Shown here piece after piece: positions 41,100 to 50,121 of a DNA stretch of 64,000 nucleotides. The position numbers and the translations under genes were made by a program. Source of the DNA: Acidobacteriota bacterium (GTDB lineage: Bacteria; Acidobacteriota; UBA6911). The notes under the pieces were generated by a model, which was given only the letters and a program-made list of their open reading frames with translations, made no database searches and had not been told where the DNA came from. Location of the stretch: NCBI GenBank assembly GCA_963664705.1, contig OY761556.1, positions 5,824,001 through 5,888,000 of the forward strand, written 5' to 3'. Position 1 is the first letter of the stretch, and each line of letters opens with the position of its first letter.

Positions 41100-41129
41100 A
41101 AGTAAACCTCTCGATGGATATGTGAGAAG

Positions 41130-41155
41130 GCGGTCCGGCGCAGCCGCCGGACCGC
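41130..41155. terminator. GC-rich hairpin between btuB and cobQ
   Basis: GCGGTCCGGCG-cagc-CGCCGGACCGC. The U-tail on the coding (minus) strand is weak, so it may be a partial terminator or mRNA stabiliser. Confidence 0.55.
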
Positions 41156-41168
41156 TTTTGTCCTCATA

Positions 41169-43118
41169 CTAAAACAAGACCTTAAGACCACCAAAGGCAG
41201 ATGCTCCGGCGGTGCCGTATCCTTTGGCCTCTTCATATTTCTGATTGAGCAGGTTTTCGACCCTCACAAATAATTGAAGATGTTCGGCAATCGGATAGGA
41301 TATTGCACAACGAACGAGAGTGTAGAGGTCCAGCGTCACCGGGATGGCAGGATATGTCGAGGAATCGTTATCCGGCCTTTCGCCTGTGAATACAAGGCCG
41401 AAAGTCGCATTGCCTTTGAGCAGACGGGAGCTCAGGTCGAACCCGACCTTGTTTTTCGGCCTTCTCACAAGCTGTCTGCCCGTGGTTTGATCCTTGGAAC
41501 TGGTATAGGTATAACTGGCACGCAGATCAAGGCCATCCTTCAGCTGCATGGATCCAAACATTTCGACCCCTTTGGCTTTAGCTTGGGAAACATTGTTGTA
41601 CTTCATAGCCCAGAGATCGAAATCGATCATATTGCCAAATTCGTTATTGAAATAGGTAGCGCCCAGGGAAAGCCGCTCGCCCTTCAGGAATTGTTCTAGC
41701 CCGAGCTCCCACCCGGTGCTTGTCTCCGGGCTCAGGTTCTTATCGCCGTAGTCGGAATAAAGCTGGTACAGGGATGGAGCCTTGAAACCTGTTCCATAGC
41801 TCCCCTTTATTTTCGTGGCAGTCTGTTTGAAAACAAAGGAAGAGGCGATGTGGTATGTGCCTTCCATTCCAAATGTGCTGTGATTGTCTCCGCGAAGGCC
41901 GACAGTGGTGATCCAGGAGTCGATTGGCTCCATCTGGCCTTGTATATACAATCCGGTGGATCGCGCCGACCTGCTGGGAAAGCTGGAAGTGTAGGAGCCG
42001 TAGGCGCTTTTGGAATAGGTAACCGAATCGCCCTTTTCTACTTCCGTTTCGATCCCGAATGTTATCGCATGCCTCTTTTTTATGCGGAGATTATTTTGCC
42101 AATCAACTTTCAGCTGCTGAGAGTCGAAATTGTACCAGCTGCTGTCGTTTGGATGCGCACTATCCGTATCGTTGCGGCTGTCCCGGATATGCTTGGCTGC
42201 GGTAAATCCGAGTTTCTGCTCCCATATATTGTCAAACAGCATCAGCCGCCCTTGCGTTCTGAAGAACACCTGTTTCGTTTCCGTAGTATAGTTGGGATCA
42301 TCCCCTCCGACGCCTGCTCTATTATCGAGATCTGCCTTGGCGTTTACGTAACGTATCGTGGAGTCGAGATCGAAATACCGGGCAGGGGTGATTCCCAGTC
42401 TTCCGGATATGGAGGTATTTTCATAACCGTCCCTCTCCATGTTTCCATATTTTGCTCCGGCCGCGGATATTCCATCCGAGTTCTCATGGCTGAATCCCAG
42501 CGAATAGCGGAACAGCTTGTTGCCTCCGCTCGCACCTGCGCGCTCTTCGGCGGTATTGAAAGAGCCTCCTCCCAAAGAGGCAAAACCCGTGGTTCTGCCT
42601 TCTCCACTTTTTGTGATGATATTGATGACACCCCCGATGGCGTCTGAGCCATACAGCGTGCTTTGAGGTCCGCGCATCACTTCGACGCGCTCGATGTTGT
42701 CGCTGGTCAAGTTGGCGAAATCAAAATATCGGCCGGTGGCCATAGGATCATTCATCTCAATGCCGTCGATCAAAACGAGTGTATGTTCCGATTTTGCACC
42801 GCGAATAAAAACCGACGTCGGGCTTCCGGGACTGCCCGCCTGAACAATATCCAGCCCCGGAATAGTCCGGAGGATTTCAAACACCGTGGTTTTCTGCATC
42901 TTTTCGATTTCGTCGCTTGTGACGACTGTAATCGAGCTGTTCGCTTCCTTGAGCGGCATTTCCAGGCGCGTGGAGGTAACAATAACTTCATTGTAAATCC
43001 TGATTTGGTCTTTATCCGCCGCTGTTCCATCCGAGGGGTTCTGGTTGTCCGAAGCAAAAACAGATGACGCCGTCAACAGCGCCAGCGCCTGAACTGCAGC
43101 AAGCAATATCTTTTTCAT
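41169..43118 (-). CDS. btuB: TonB-dependent cobalamin receptor
   Basis: TonB box EVIVTSTR, plug LVLIDG..IERVEVMRGPQSTLYGSDAIGGVINIITK, terminal F; B12 riboswitches upstream. Confidence 0.9.
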   Translation of the reverse strand: MKKILLAAVQALALLTASSVFASDNQNPSDGTAADKDQIRIYNEVIVTSTRLEMPLKEANSSITVVTSDEIEKMQKTTVFEILRTIPGLDIVQAGSPGSPTSVFIRGAKSEHTLVLIDGIEMNDPMATGRYFDFANLTSDNIERVEVMRGPQSTLYGSDAIGGVINIITKSGEGRTTGFASLGGGSFNTAEERAGASGGNKLFRYSLGFSHENSDGISAAGAKYGNMERDGYENTSISGRLGITPARYFDLDSTIRYVNAKADLDNRAGVGGDDPNYTTETKQVFFRTQGRLMLFDNIWEQKLGFTAAKHIRDSRNDTDSAHPNDSSWYNFDSQQLKVDWQNNLRIKKRHAITFGIETEVEKGDSVTYSKSAYGSYTSSFPSRSARSTGLYIQGQMEPIDSWITTVGLRGDNHSTFGMEGTYHIASSFVFKQTATKIKGSYGTGFKAPSLYQLYSDYGDKNLSPETSTGWELGLEQFLKGERLSLGATYFNNEFGNMIDFDLWAMKYNNVSQAKAKGVEMFGSMQLKDGLDLRASYTYTSSKDQTTGRQLVRRPKNKVGFDLSSRLLKGNATFGLVFTGERPDNDSSTYPAIPVTLDLYTLVRCAISYPIAEHLQLFVRVENLLNQKYEEAKGYGTAGASAFGGLKVLF

Positions 43119-43167
43119 GCAACTGCTCTCCTATCCTCCCAAGAGGATTAATGGATTAAATACCCGT

Positions 43168-43320
43168 GGAGCAGGTCTCCTGGCTTCCGGTTCCGTCTAC
43201 CAGCCGCGCCTTCCCATCCAAACGGACAGTGGCATGTTGCGGCTTTCGTCCCGATTACAGTCGCTGGGCGGCGGGAGCTTTACACCCCCTTCTCTTTTCC
43301 AGGGCAACGTTAGATTATTA
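43168..43320 (-). promoter_or_regulatory. Cobalamin riboswitch (proximal copy)
   Basis: Minus strand has ACTGTAA..GCCACTG..GGGAAGGC..AGCCAGGAGACCTGC (B12 box). The 5' part deviates from consensus. Confidence 0.8.
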
Positions 43321-43355
43321 AGTTTCCATGCTTCCTTCCGAATCAGGCAGTGGGC

Positions 43356-43387
43356 AAAAAAAACCCGGACCTGATTGCAAGCCCGGG
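43356..43387 (-). terminator. Intrinsic terminator of the distal riboswitch
   Basis: CCCGGGCTTG-caat-CAGGTCCGGG followed by T8. Confidence 0.8.
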
Positions 43388-43456
43388 GATTCCGTTTTTA
43401 TCCTCGATGTAATAGTCGTCGTCCCTAGTCCACGAGCGCGCGACTATGCTTTATCG

Positions 43457-43612
43457 AGCAGGTCTTCCGGCTTCCGGATCAATCTACTTGCCGCGCCTTC
43501 CCATCCAAACGGACAGTGGCATTGATTTCGACTTTCGTCCCCGGTTACGGCGGCGGGACCGCGACGGCTTTTCACCGTCTTCCCTATTAAGGCCCAAGGG
43601 CCGCTCAAGAAG
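43457..43612 (-). promoter_or_regulatory. Cobalamin riboswitch (distal copy)
   Basis: AATAGGGAAGACGGTGAAAAGCCG..CCCGCCGCCGTAA..GCCACTG..GGGAAGGC..AGCCGGAAGACCTGC. Confidence 0.9.
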
Positions 43613-43617
43613 GCCTC

Positions 43618-43646
43618 ATGCTACTTAGGATTCAACAGAGCGTCAA
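43618..43646 (-). promoter_or_regulatory. Sigma70 promoter of the btuB leader
   Basis: TTGACG-N17-TAGCAT directly upstream of the distal aptamer. Confidence 0.65.
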
Positions 43647-43954
43647 GAGATAATCGGAACGAGAAAGAGGTATTTATTCCTAAAGCCATCGTGAACGAAT
43701 TAGTTTGCGGCCCATTATTGTAATTCACGAGATATCTGAAAAACTGTCAAGCCGGCCACCTGCATCAGAGACGCTATTGCATTTTGGCACAATCGTCTCT
43801 TTCGACTCGGTGGGAGTAATCGAACTTAATCTCCGCGGACACCAAGCTCCAGCAACGACCTGATTTCAACTGCAAGGCCCAGCTTTTGGGAACTTCTTTC
43901 TCTGAAAGGTGTCCATACGAAATATCGTCCCAATCATCGATTCTCGGAGGAACT

Positions 43955-45874
43955 ATGCCGCGCTGCGTCCTCGCTATTTTTCTCTTAGTGGCAACTGGTG
44001 GTGCACAAGATATCTCCCGAATGGACAAGGCGGTACAATCGGTTGTGGCAAACAAGCAGTTCATGGGATCCGTACTGGTGGCTCGAGGGGATCAGGTTCT
44101 TTTCAGCAAAGGCTATGGCTTCGCCAATCTCGAATGGAATATTCCGAACACTCCGGATACCAAATATCGGATCGGCTCCATGACCAAGCAATTCACAGCT
44201 GCGGCGATTCTTTTGCTTGAACAACAAGGCAAAATAAAGGTTGGAGACCCCATCAGGAAGTACCTGCCCGATGATCCGCCAACTTGGGACAAAATCACCA
44301 TCTACCACTTGCTGACCCACACCTCGGGAATTGTGGATCTTCTCAATACGCCTGGCATACAGAATATGATCCCGCTCCCGCAGACTCCGGAACAGCTGTT
44401 GGCTTTAGTGCGCGATAAGCCGCTACAATTCGAGCCCGGAACGAAATTTCTGTACAGCAGCTCCGGCTACAATCTTCTTGGCCGTTTGATAGAGAAGATC
44501 ACTGGTCAGCGCTATCAGGATTACATGCAGAAGAATATCTTCATGCCGCTTGGAATGAAAGACTCCGGGTACGACACAAACATTGACATCCTCCCAAAGC
44601 GGGCATCCGGCTACACGCCTGGCCCCAAAGGACCGGAGAATGCGCAATATGTTCACATGAGCAATACGTACTCAGCCGGTGGCTTATACTCTACTAGTGA
44701 AGACCTGCTGCGCTGGGAACAAGGTCTTTTTGGCGGGAAGATTCTATCCACGGAGTCTCTTTCAAAAATGACTACTCCGAATTTGAATGGATATGCATTC
44801 GGATTATATGTTGGAACGGCAAAGGGGCGCAGGCGCATCATACATGAAGGCGGAGTGCCCGGTTTTAACTCCTGCATGGTTTACTTTCCTGAAACTAAGG
44901 TCACGATCGCAGTTTTATCAAACATGTTCCGTCCTGAAGTTGCTGGAGAGATAGTTGCTCTGCTTTCAGATCTCGCCTACGGGGATAAAGTAATTCTCAC
45001 ATCGGAACTTAACGCAATTGCCGTCTCGCCAAAGATTCTATCGAGCTATGTTGGTACGTACAATTTTCCGTCAAGAGGCAACGTGAGAATTAGCCTGGAG
45101 AACGGAAATCTGCTTTTGAGGACCGGGCAGCTGATGGGGTATGTGAATACAACTGCACTGTCTGCCAGTTCCGAAACTTACTTTTTTTCGAAAGAAACGG
45201 GCATTCAGCTGGAATTCACCAAAGATAGAGGAACCACAACGCATATTGTCCAGCACCGGATTGGTGATGATGATCTCAAAGGTATGAGAGTCAGCGATAC
45301 CGTTTCAGAGCCACCACATGTTCCCCGTGACGTCCTTGAGCAATACGCAGGTGTCTACAAATTACCCCCGGGTTTTGAGTTAGTGTTCTCAGTTGAAAAC
45401 AATGAACTGATTCTCCATCGGACATGGCAATTCCTTCGATATCGGGCAGTGCCTGAGTCGGAGAGCAGGTTTTCTCTAGGGGAGTTGGATGACACATTTG
45501 AATTCATAAAGGATGCGGGCGGTACTGTAACGCATCTTATTCTTCGGAACGGCAATTCGGAAATTATAGCTCCCCGCACTCGTGAAATTGCCGAAGTCGA
45601 CGGTGCGTGGACTGGCAATGAACTATTTTATATTTTCAAGGCAGAAGGAAATACACTTGCTGGAAACTTTGCGTCGAAAGCAGGGGAAGGATGGATATCG
45701 GAGGGCAAGATTGATGGACAAAGGATTTCTTTCATCTTGAACATTGGGTCATCGGCCATTAGAACCGACGCCCGCCTCTCCGGCGATCTGATCACCATAA
45801 CCCAGACAAATGGTAACGGGACAAGCACATCTACAGTTCGCCGGGTTAGGCCAAAGATGACGACAATGCGCTAG
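43955..45874 (+). CDS. Serine hydrolase (AmpC-like) with C-terminal DUF3471-like repeats
   Basis: IGSMTKQF, LLTHTSG, YSSSGY, HEGGVPGF; repeats L..YVG.Y and LEQYAGVY. Confidence 0.88.
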   Translation: MPRCVLAIFLLVATGGAQDISRMDKAVQSVVANKQFMGSVLVARGDQVLFSKGYGFANLEWNIPNTPDTKYRIGSMTKQFTAAAILLLEQQGKIKVGDPIRKYLPDDPPTWDKITIYHLLTHTSGIVDLLNTPGIQNMIPLPQTPEQLLALVRDKPLQFEPGTKFLYSSSGYNLLGRLIEKITGQRYQDYMQKNIFMPLGMKDSGYDTNIDILPKRASGYTPGPKGPENAQYVHMSNTYSAGGLYSTSEDLLRWEQGLFGGKILSTESLSKMTTPNLNGYAFGLYVGTAKGRRRIIHEGGVPGFNSCMVYFPETKVTIAVLSNMFRPEVAGEIVALLSDLAYGDKVILTSELNAIAVSPKILSSYVGTYNFPSRGNVRISLENGNLLLRTGQLMGYVNTTALSASSETYFFSKETGIQLEFTKDRGTTTHIVQHRIGDDDLKGMRVSDTVSEPPHVPRDVLEQYAGVYKLPPGFELVFSVENNELILHRTWQFLRYRAVPESESRFSLGELDDTFEFIKDAGGTVTHLILRNGNSEIIAPRTREIAEVDGAWTGNELFYIFKAEGNTLAGNFASKAGEGWISEGKIDGQRISFILNIGSSAIRTDARLSGDLITITQTNGNGTSTSTVRRVRPKMTTMR

Positions 45875-46146
45875 CTCCTAATTATGCTGTTTTCTCTGAC
45901 GATGATCCGAACATAAGATAATTTATTATCAGTCCTATACGGCAACAAACCCGGACCATTTCATCCAAAACGGTCATCAAAGAAGAAAAAGGCAGGCGCA
46001 GGAATACAGTCCGAATGCAGCAATTTACCTTTTGGCGTTATCTCTCCGAACGCGACCTAGAACGATCATCCTGGCCGTTGCCATCCTCCTGAGGGTAGTG
46101 GTAGGCTCAGGAGGATTCCAATCTTATCTCTTGGGAGAAAGTTACA

Positions 46147-46812
46147 ATGCTTTTCTTCCGTGTCCACAAATGCTCAGGTTTCCAGCCAATCATTTGGGGA
46201 TGCCTAATAGTGGCCCTTCTGTGTTCTGCCTTTTTGCTGCAATCGGTGGCACAAACAGATAGAGATTCGACGTTTAAGCCATTTATTGCCGAAATCAAAC
46301 GGGGACAGATATTTCGTAGATCATTGACCCCGCAGATCAGCTTTGAAGTTAAACCGCTCGACGCTAAACATGATGGTCGGATAGGAGTACATATTTCTGT
46401 CCTTAACCGCAGGAATCCAAAAGGTTACAAATTCGTCGTACTCCCCAAGGTGGATAATGGTGGAGACGCTAATTGGGTTGGTATCGACGTAAGCAGGACG
46501 AAAGAAAGGCCAGGTGCAGATAGCTTGCGCTCTGCCCTTGACCACTATTCCGGTATTGGTCTTTGCGTAACCTATTTCACAGATAATTTAAGCCGTTCTG
46601 AGCTTGAAAATGTCCGTGGGGCTTGGGCGATGCTGCATCGCCGCGGAGGCAAAGAAGAAGAGTATCAGCAAGCCGATGAGGTATTAAACAGCCTCCACCG
46701 TGTAAGCGGGCTTTTTTCGGTACTGGAATACAAAATTGCCGATAATCCTTTGCGAATTGAGCATCTGAAATTTTCTTTTGATCCTTGCGATCCACGAACT
46801 TGTGATGAGTGA
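46147..46812 (+). CDS. Hypothetical secreted protein
   Basis: 221-aa ORF with a signal-like segment; start uncertain. Confidence 0.6.
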   Translation: MLFFRVHKCSGFQPIIWGCLIVALLCSAFLLQSVAQTDRDSTFKPFIAEIKRGQIFRRSLTPQISFEVKPLDAKHDGRIGVHISVLNRRNPKGYKFVVLPKVDNGGDANWVGIDVSRTKERPGADSLRSALDHYSGIGLCVTYFTDNLSRSELENVRGAWAMLHRRGGKEEEYQQADEVLNSLHRVSGLFSVLEYKIADNPLRIEHLKFSFDPCDPRTCDE

Positions 46813-47103
46813 AGCGAATTTAGGAAGATGATTGGGATGCTCCCCCTCTCGTTCTCCTTTGTTTTTTTGCAGTTAGCGCTGGGCAGGCGCAAGGGCAAAG
46901 GTACTCGACCAACACCGGGAACGTGGATAGGCGCAGAATGCAGTACTGATGCCGGATTTGACATTTTGGCGTAACTCCCCGCACCGCGACTTCGGGGGAA
47001 CCTGACTGGACGTGCCCGCCAAAGCGGTAAATATCAATACAATAATCGAAATCAGATTTGTCGAAATATTCCGCAACATCCTTGATGGAGTAAGAACGAT
47101 TGC

Positions 47104-47132
47104 TTGAATATAATACTATATAGTAATATCCT
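47104..47132 (+). promoter_or_regulatory. Promoter with MarR operator in spacer
   Basis: TTGAAT-N17-TATCCT enclosing the palindrome TACTATATAGTA (47114-47125). Confidence 0.6.
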
Positions 47133-47153
47133 ACATAGAAGGAGGAGCTTCAT

Positions 47154-47600
47154 CTGATAAAAAAAACGAACGGTGGCTTCTTGATTAGCAAGATAAAGCA
47201 AATCCAAGGCAGGGTTTTTGAAAAACTTCTCGCCGCCCACGGCATCGACCAATTCAACGGGGCGCAGGGAAGGATTCTCTTTGTGCTTTGGGAGGAGGAC
47301 GGCATCCCCATCCGCAGTCTCTCGGAGCGGACGGGCCTAGCCACCACGACCTTGACCAGTATGCTGGACCGCCTGGAGGCCTCAGGCCACATCGAGCGGA
47401 TCTTGGATCCGACCGACCGCCGCAAGATCCGGATCCGGCTCACGCAAAACGCACTGGGGCTGAAGGACGATTATCAAGCCGTATCCCGGCAAATGAACGG
47501 CATCTTTTACGAGGGCTTCACGGATTCTGAGATCAAGGTCTTTGAAGGCGCGCTCCGCCGAATTCTTGAAAACCTCACGGGAAAGGTAAAAACGCAATGA
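47154..47600 (+). CDS. MarR family regulator
   Basis: QGRILFVLW..LSERTGLATTTLTSMLDRLE..DPTDRR. The RBS points to a start at 47154/47157 rather than the TTG at 47181. Confidence 0.88.
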   Translation: MIKKTNGGFLISKIKQIQGRVFEKLLAAHGIDQFNGAQGRILFVLWEEDGIPIRSLSERTGLATTTLTSMLDRLEASGHIERILDPTDRRKIRIRLTQNALGLKDDYQAVSRQMNGIFYEGFTDSEIKVFEGALRRILENLTGKVKTQ

Positions 47601-48031
47601 ATGAAGCGATCGCATCCGAAGTCCGCGCATTGCGCGAAAACAGCGCAGTGGCCTATGTGGCATCCATTAACGAGCAGGGTTTCCCCCAGGTCAAAGCCAT
47701 GCTTGTATTGGAACATGAAAGTTCGCGAACGCAGCTTTTTTCAACAACTCTCAGTTCTAAGCGGGCGCAGCAGTTTCTAAAAAACCCAAAAGCCTCTGTC
47801 TATTACTGCGACGGCCCGCACTTCAAGGGAGCGCTGTTCACCGGGACCATGGAGGTCCGCAGGGACCGCGAGACCAAGGTCCAGCTCTGGCGCGAAGGAT
47901 TTGAGATTTATTATCCCAAAGGTGTGGATGACCCGGATTATTGCGTGCTCGCATTTACCGCCGACACGGTCAACTATTACCACGGCCTGAGCAATACAAC
48001 CCTGTCTGTGGAGGAGCTTCTAGTTAGCTGA
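47597..48031 (+). CDS. Pyridoxamine 5'-phosphate oxidase family (general stress protein 26-like)
   Basis: ASINEQGFP, KNPKASVY, YYPKGVDDPDY; ATGA coupling to MarR. Confidence 0.85.
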   Translation: MNEAIASEVRALRENSAVAYVASINEQGFPQVKAMLVLEHESSRTQLFSTTLSSKRAQQFLKNPKASVYYCDGPHFKGALFTGTMEVRRDRETKVQLWREGFEIYYPKGVDDPDYCVLAFTADTVNYYHGLSNTTLSVEELLVS

Positions 48032-48248
48032 ATTATACAATCCATTTATTTTATTCACTTCAGTAAGCATAAATCGGCGTAGCACGCACCGTATTGATGA
48101 CGGCAATTGACAAGTTGGCGGTATCTCCGCGAGCGCGACTTCTGGACAGTCATCGACTATGCTAGACCCATTAATGACTTTGGAAGGGAAATGAACTGGT
48201 CACTCCCGGAAGACAGCCGCTTAAAGCGCCATGCCGCGCTCAGCGGAA

Positions 48249-48794
48249 CTATCTCTTGGTGTACTTCTGTCGCCAATACTTGGGTGTGCCGCCATCGCTC
48301 GTGATCAAGCGCTGCTTGATGAGCCAGCGGCCGTCGCGCTTCACGAGCTTCGTGGAGTCTCGACCCTGCTCTTGGAACTGCGGCAGCTTTTCTATGCTTT
48401 CGTTGAGGACTTTCGTATAGATCAACGAACAGCTCGCCTCGTTGCCGTTGACGTCGATAAGCACATTCGTCACGAGCGTATGGACTGTGCCTTTGTGAGC
48501 TTCGCCCGTCTTCTCGGCGGTCAAGCTGTAGACTTTTTCGATCTCGTTGCGGCCCTTGTACACCATGCCATTGACGTCGAGGACGCCGTCTTCGGTGTAG
48601 TGCCGAGCCATTTTCTCGCCGCTCGTCTTACCGAGGTCGGCATAGTATCGAACCATCATGTCCTGGATCCGAATCTGGTCGAGCAGAGCTTGGTCGGTAG
48701 CGGGCTTGTCCTGGGCAAAGGTCGTGCCCGGCAGCAGAAACAGCAGAACGGCGGCGACGCCAACGATGCAATGAACGGCGATGCGCATCTTCAT
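48249..48794 (-). CDS. Secreted SnoaL/NTF2-like protein
   Basis: Signal peptide; IQDMMVRY, YTEDG, GRNEI, H..TN..IDVNG, LVKRDGRWLI. Confidence 0.8.
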   Translation of the reverse strand: MKMRIAVHCIVGVAAVLLFLLPGTTFAQDKPATDQALLDQIRIQDMMVRYYADLGKTSGEKMARHYTEDGVLDVNGMVYKGRNEIEKVYSLTAEKTGEAHKGTVHTLVTNVLIDVNGNEASCSLIYTKVLNESIEKLPQFQEQGRDSTKLVKRDGRWLIKQRLITSDGGTPKYWRQKYTKR

Positions 48795-49249
48795 GATATC
48801 TCCCTGGTGCTCGAAGTTCGTCGAAGGTTTCTTTGAGTTGCTCGAGGTTGTCAATCCTCGCCTCAACCGACGTATAAGTGGAATAGATGGCGTCTTTACG
48901 GTTCGCCATCCTTCCCCGGGTTCATCGAGCTTCCGATAAGGTTTCGTTTATGTCATCTGGTTCGGACCCTTCAAGGCAATAGACTTGATTTTAAAGCGGG
49001 ATTGGAGAAAAGAGATACTTAATTTCGAGAAACAAAAGCAAATTTACTTTTTCAAACCGAAATCCCTGCATAGGATCGGATTGCTTTCTACGGATCGAAG
49101 GGGCGACTCAGTACTGAAAATTTCTTGATCGGCGAAGGGGCCCAATCGCTCTTTTTCTCAATTATTCGTCTGCGCTTCTGCCAGGCGGCTTTCGGAATGC
49201 CTCGCATTCATTTGAATTCGCGGGCGAGTGTGTGATTCACTAAGATCAG

Positions 49250-49942
49250 GTGACGACAATGGATAAAGTTAAGGACCACTTTGAGAGTGAAGCACAGGAA
49301 TTCGAGCGGATCATTCTGGCGCTGATACCGCATTATTCAACCATGGTGCGGGCACTAGCTGAAGCAATTCCGTTTGGGAGAGACGATTCTATACGCGTCA
49401 TTGACCTGGGCTGTGGCACAGGGACGATCTCGGCACAGATTCTGGAGCTCTTTCCTAAGGCACAAATTACATGCCTCGATTTTGCTGAAAACATGATCGC
49501 GCATGCCCGGGCAAAGTTGGCTCGATATCCACACGTCAAATATTTAACGGCCGATTTCCGTGCCTTCGATTGGTGCGGGCAATTTGACGTGGTGATCTCA
49601 TCCCTGGCTCTGCACCATATAGTCACGAATGAGGAAAAGCAAAAGTTTTATTGCCGCATATACGAGAGCCTCAGCTCAGGCGGCGTCTTCTACAATGCCG
49701 ATGTGGTGTTGGCCTCCAGCGGCTATTTGCAGAACTTCTATATGCGTGAGTGGCGACGTTTCATGTCGCTGAGAGTGCCCCATGAGGAAATCGAGGGCAA
49801 GTGGATTCCCAAGTACCACGAAGAGGATAATCCGGCGAAATTGCTTGATCATTTTGATTGGATGAAGGACGCCGGATTTTCTGATATAGACGTGGTCTGG
49901 AAGTATTTCAATTTTGCGGTTTATGGCGGGGTCCGCCGATAA
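49250..49942 (+). CDS. Class I SAM-dependent methyltransferase (CmoA-like)
   Basis: IDLGCGTG, FDVVISSLALHH, GGVFYNAD. Confidence 0.88.
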   Translation: MTTMDKVKDHFESEAQEFERIILALIPHYSTMVRALAEAIPFGRDDSIRVIDLGCGTGTISAQILELFPKAQITCLDFAENMIAHARAKLARYPHVKYLTADFRAFDWCGQFDVVISSLALHHIVTNEEKQKFYCRIYESLSSGGVFYNADVVLASSGYLQNFYMREWRRFMSLRVPHEEIEGKWIPKYHEEDNPAKLLDHFDWMKDAGFSDIDVVWKYFNFAVYGGVRR

Positions 49943-50121
49943 CCCGGCATTGCAAACTGGATTGACATTGTGGCGCAATGTCGCGAATGGGACTTCTTAG
50001 GAGTTATCTATTCAATGGTAAATATAAATAGGCTCTGACAGCCGTCGATCAATAATGCAGATTAGAAACAAAATGCAAGACGCACTTTTGCCCTGAGTAC
50101 CTGAGAGCTATTCCCTTTCCA

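Noticed and set aside
46953-49984. Array sites as sigma70 promoters (TTGACA/TTTACA in the left arm)
   Set aside because: There is no -10 hexamer 16-18 bp downstream, and several copies face gene 3' ends.
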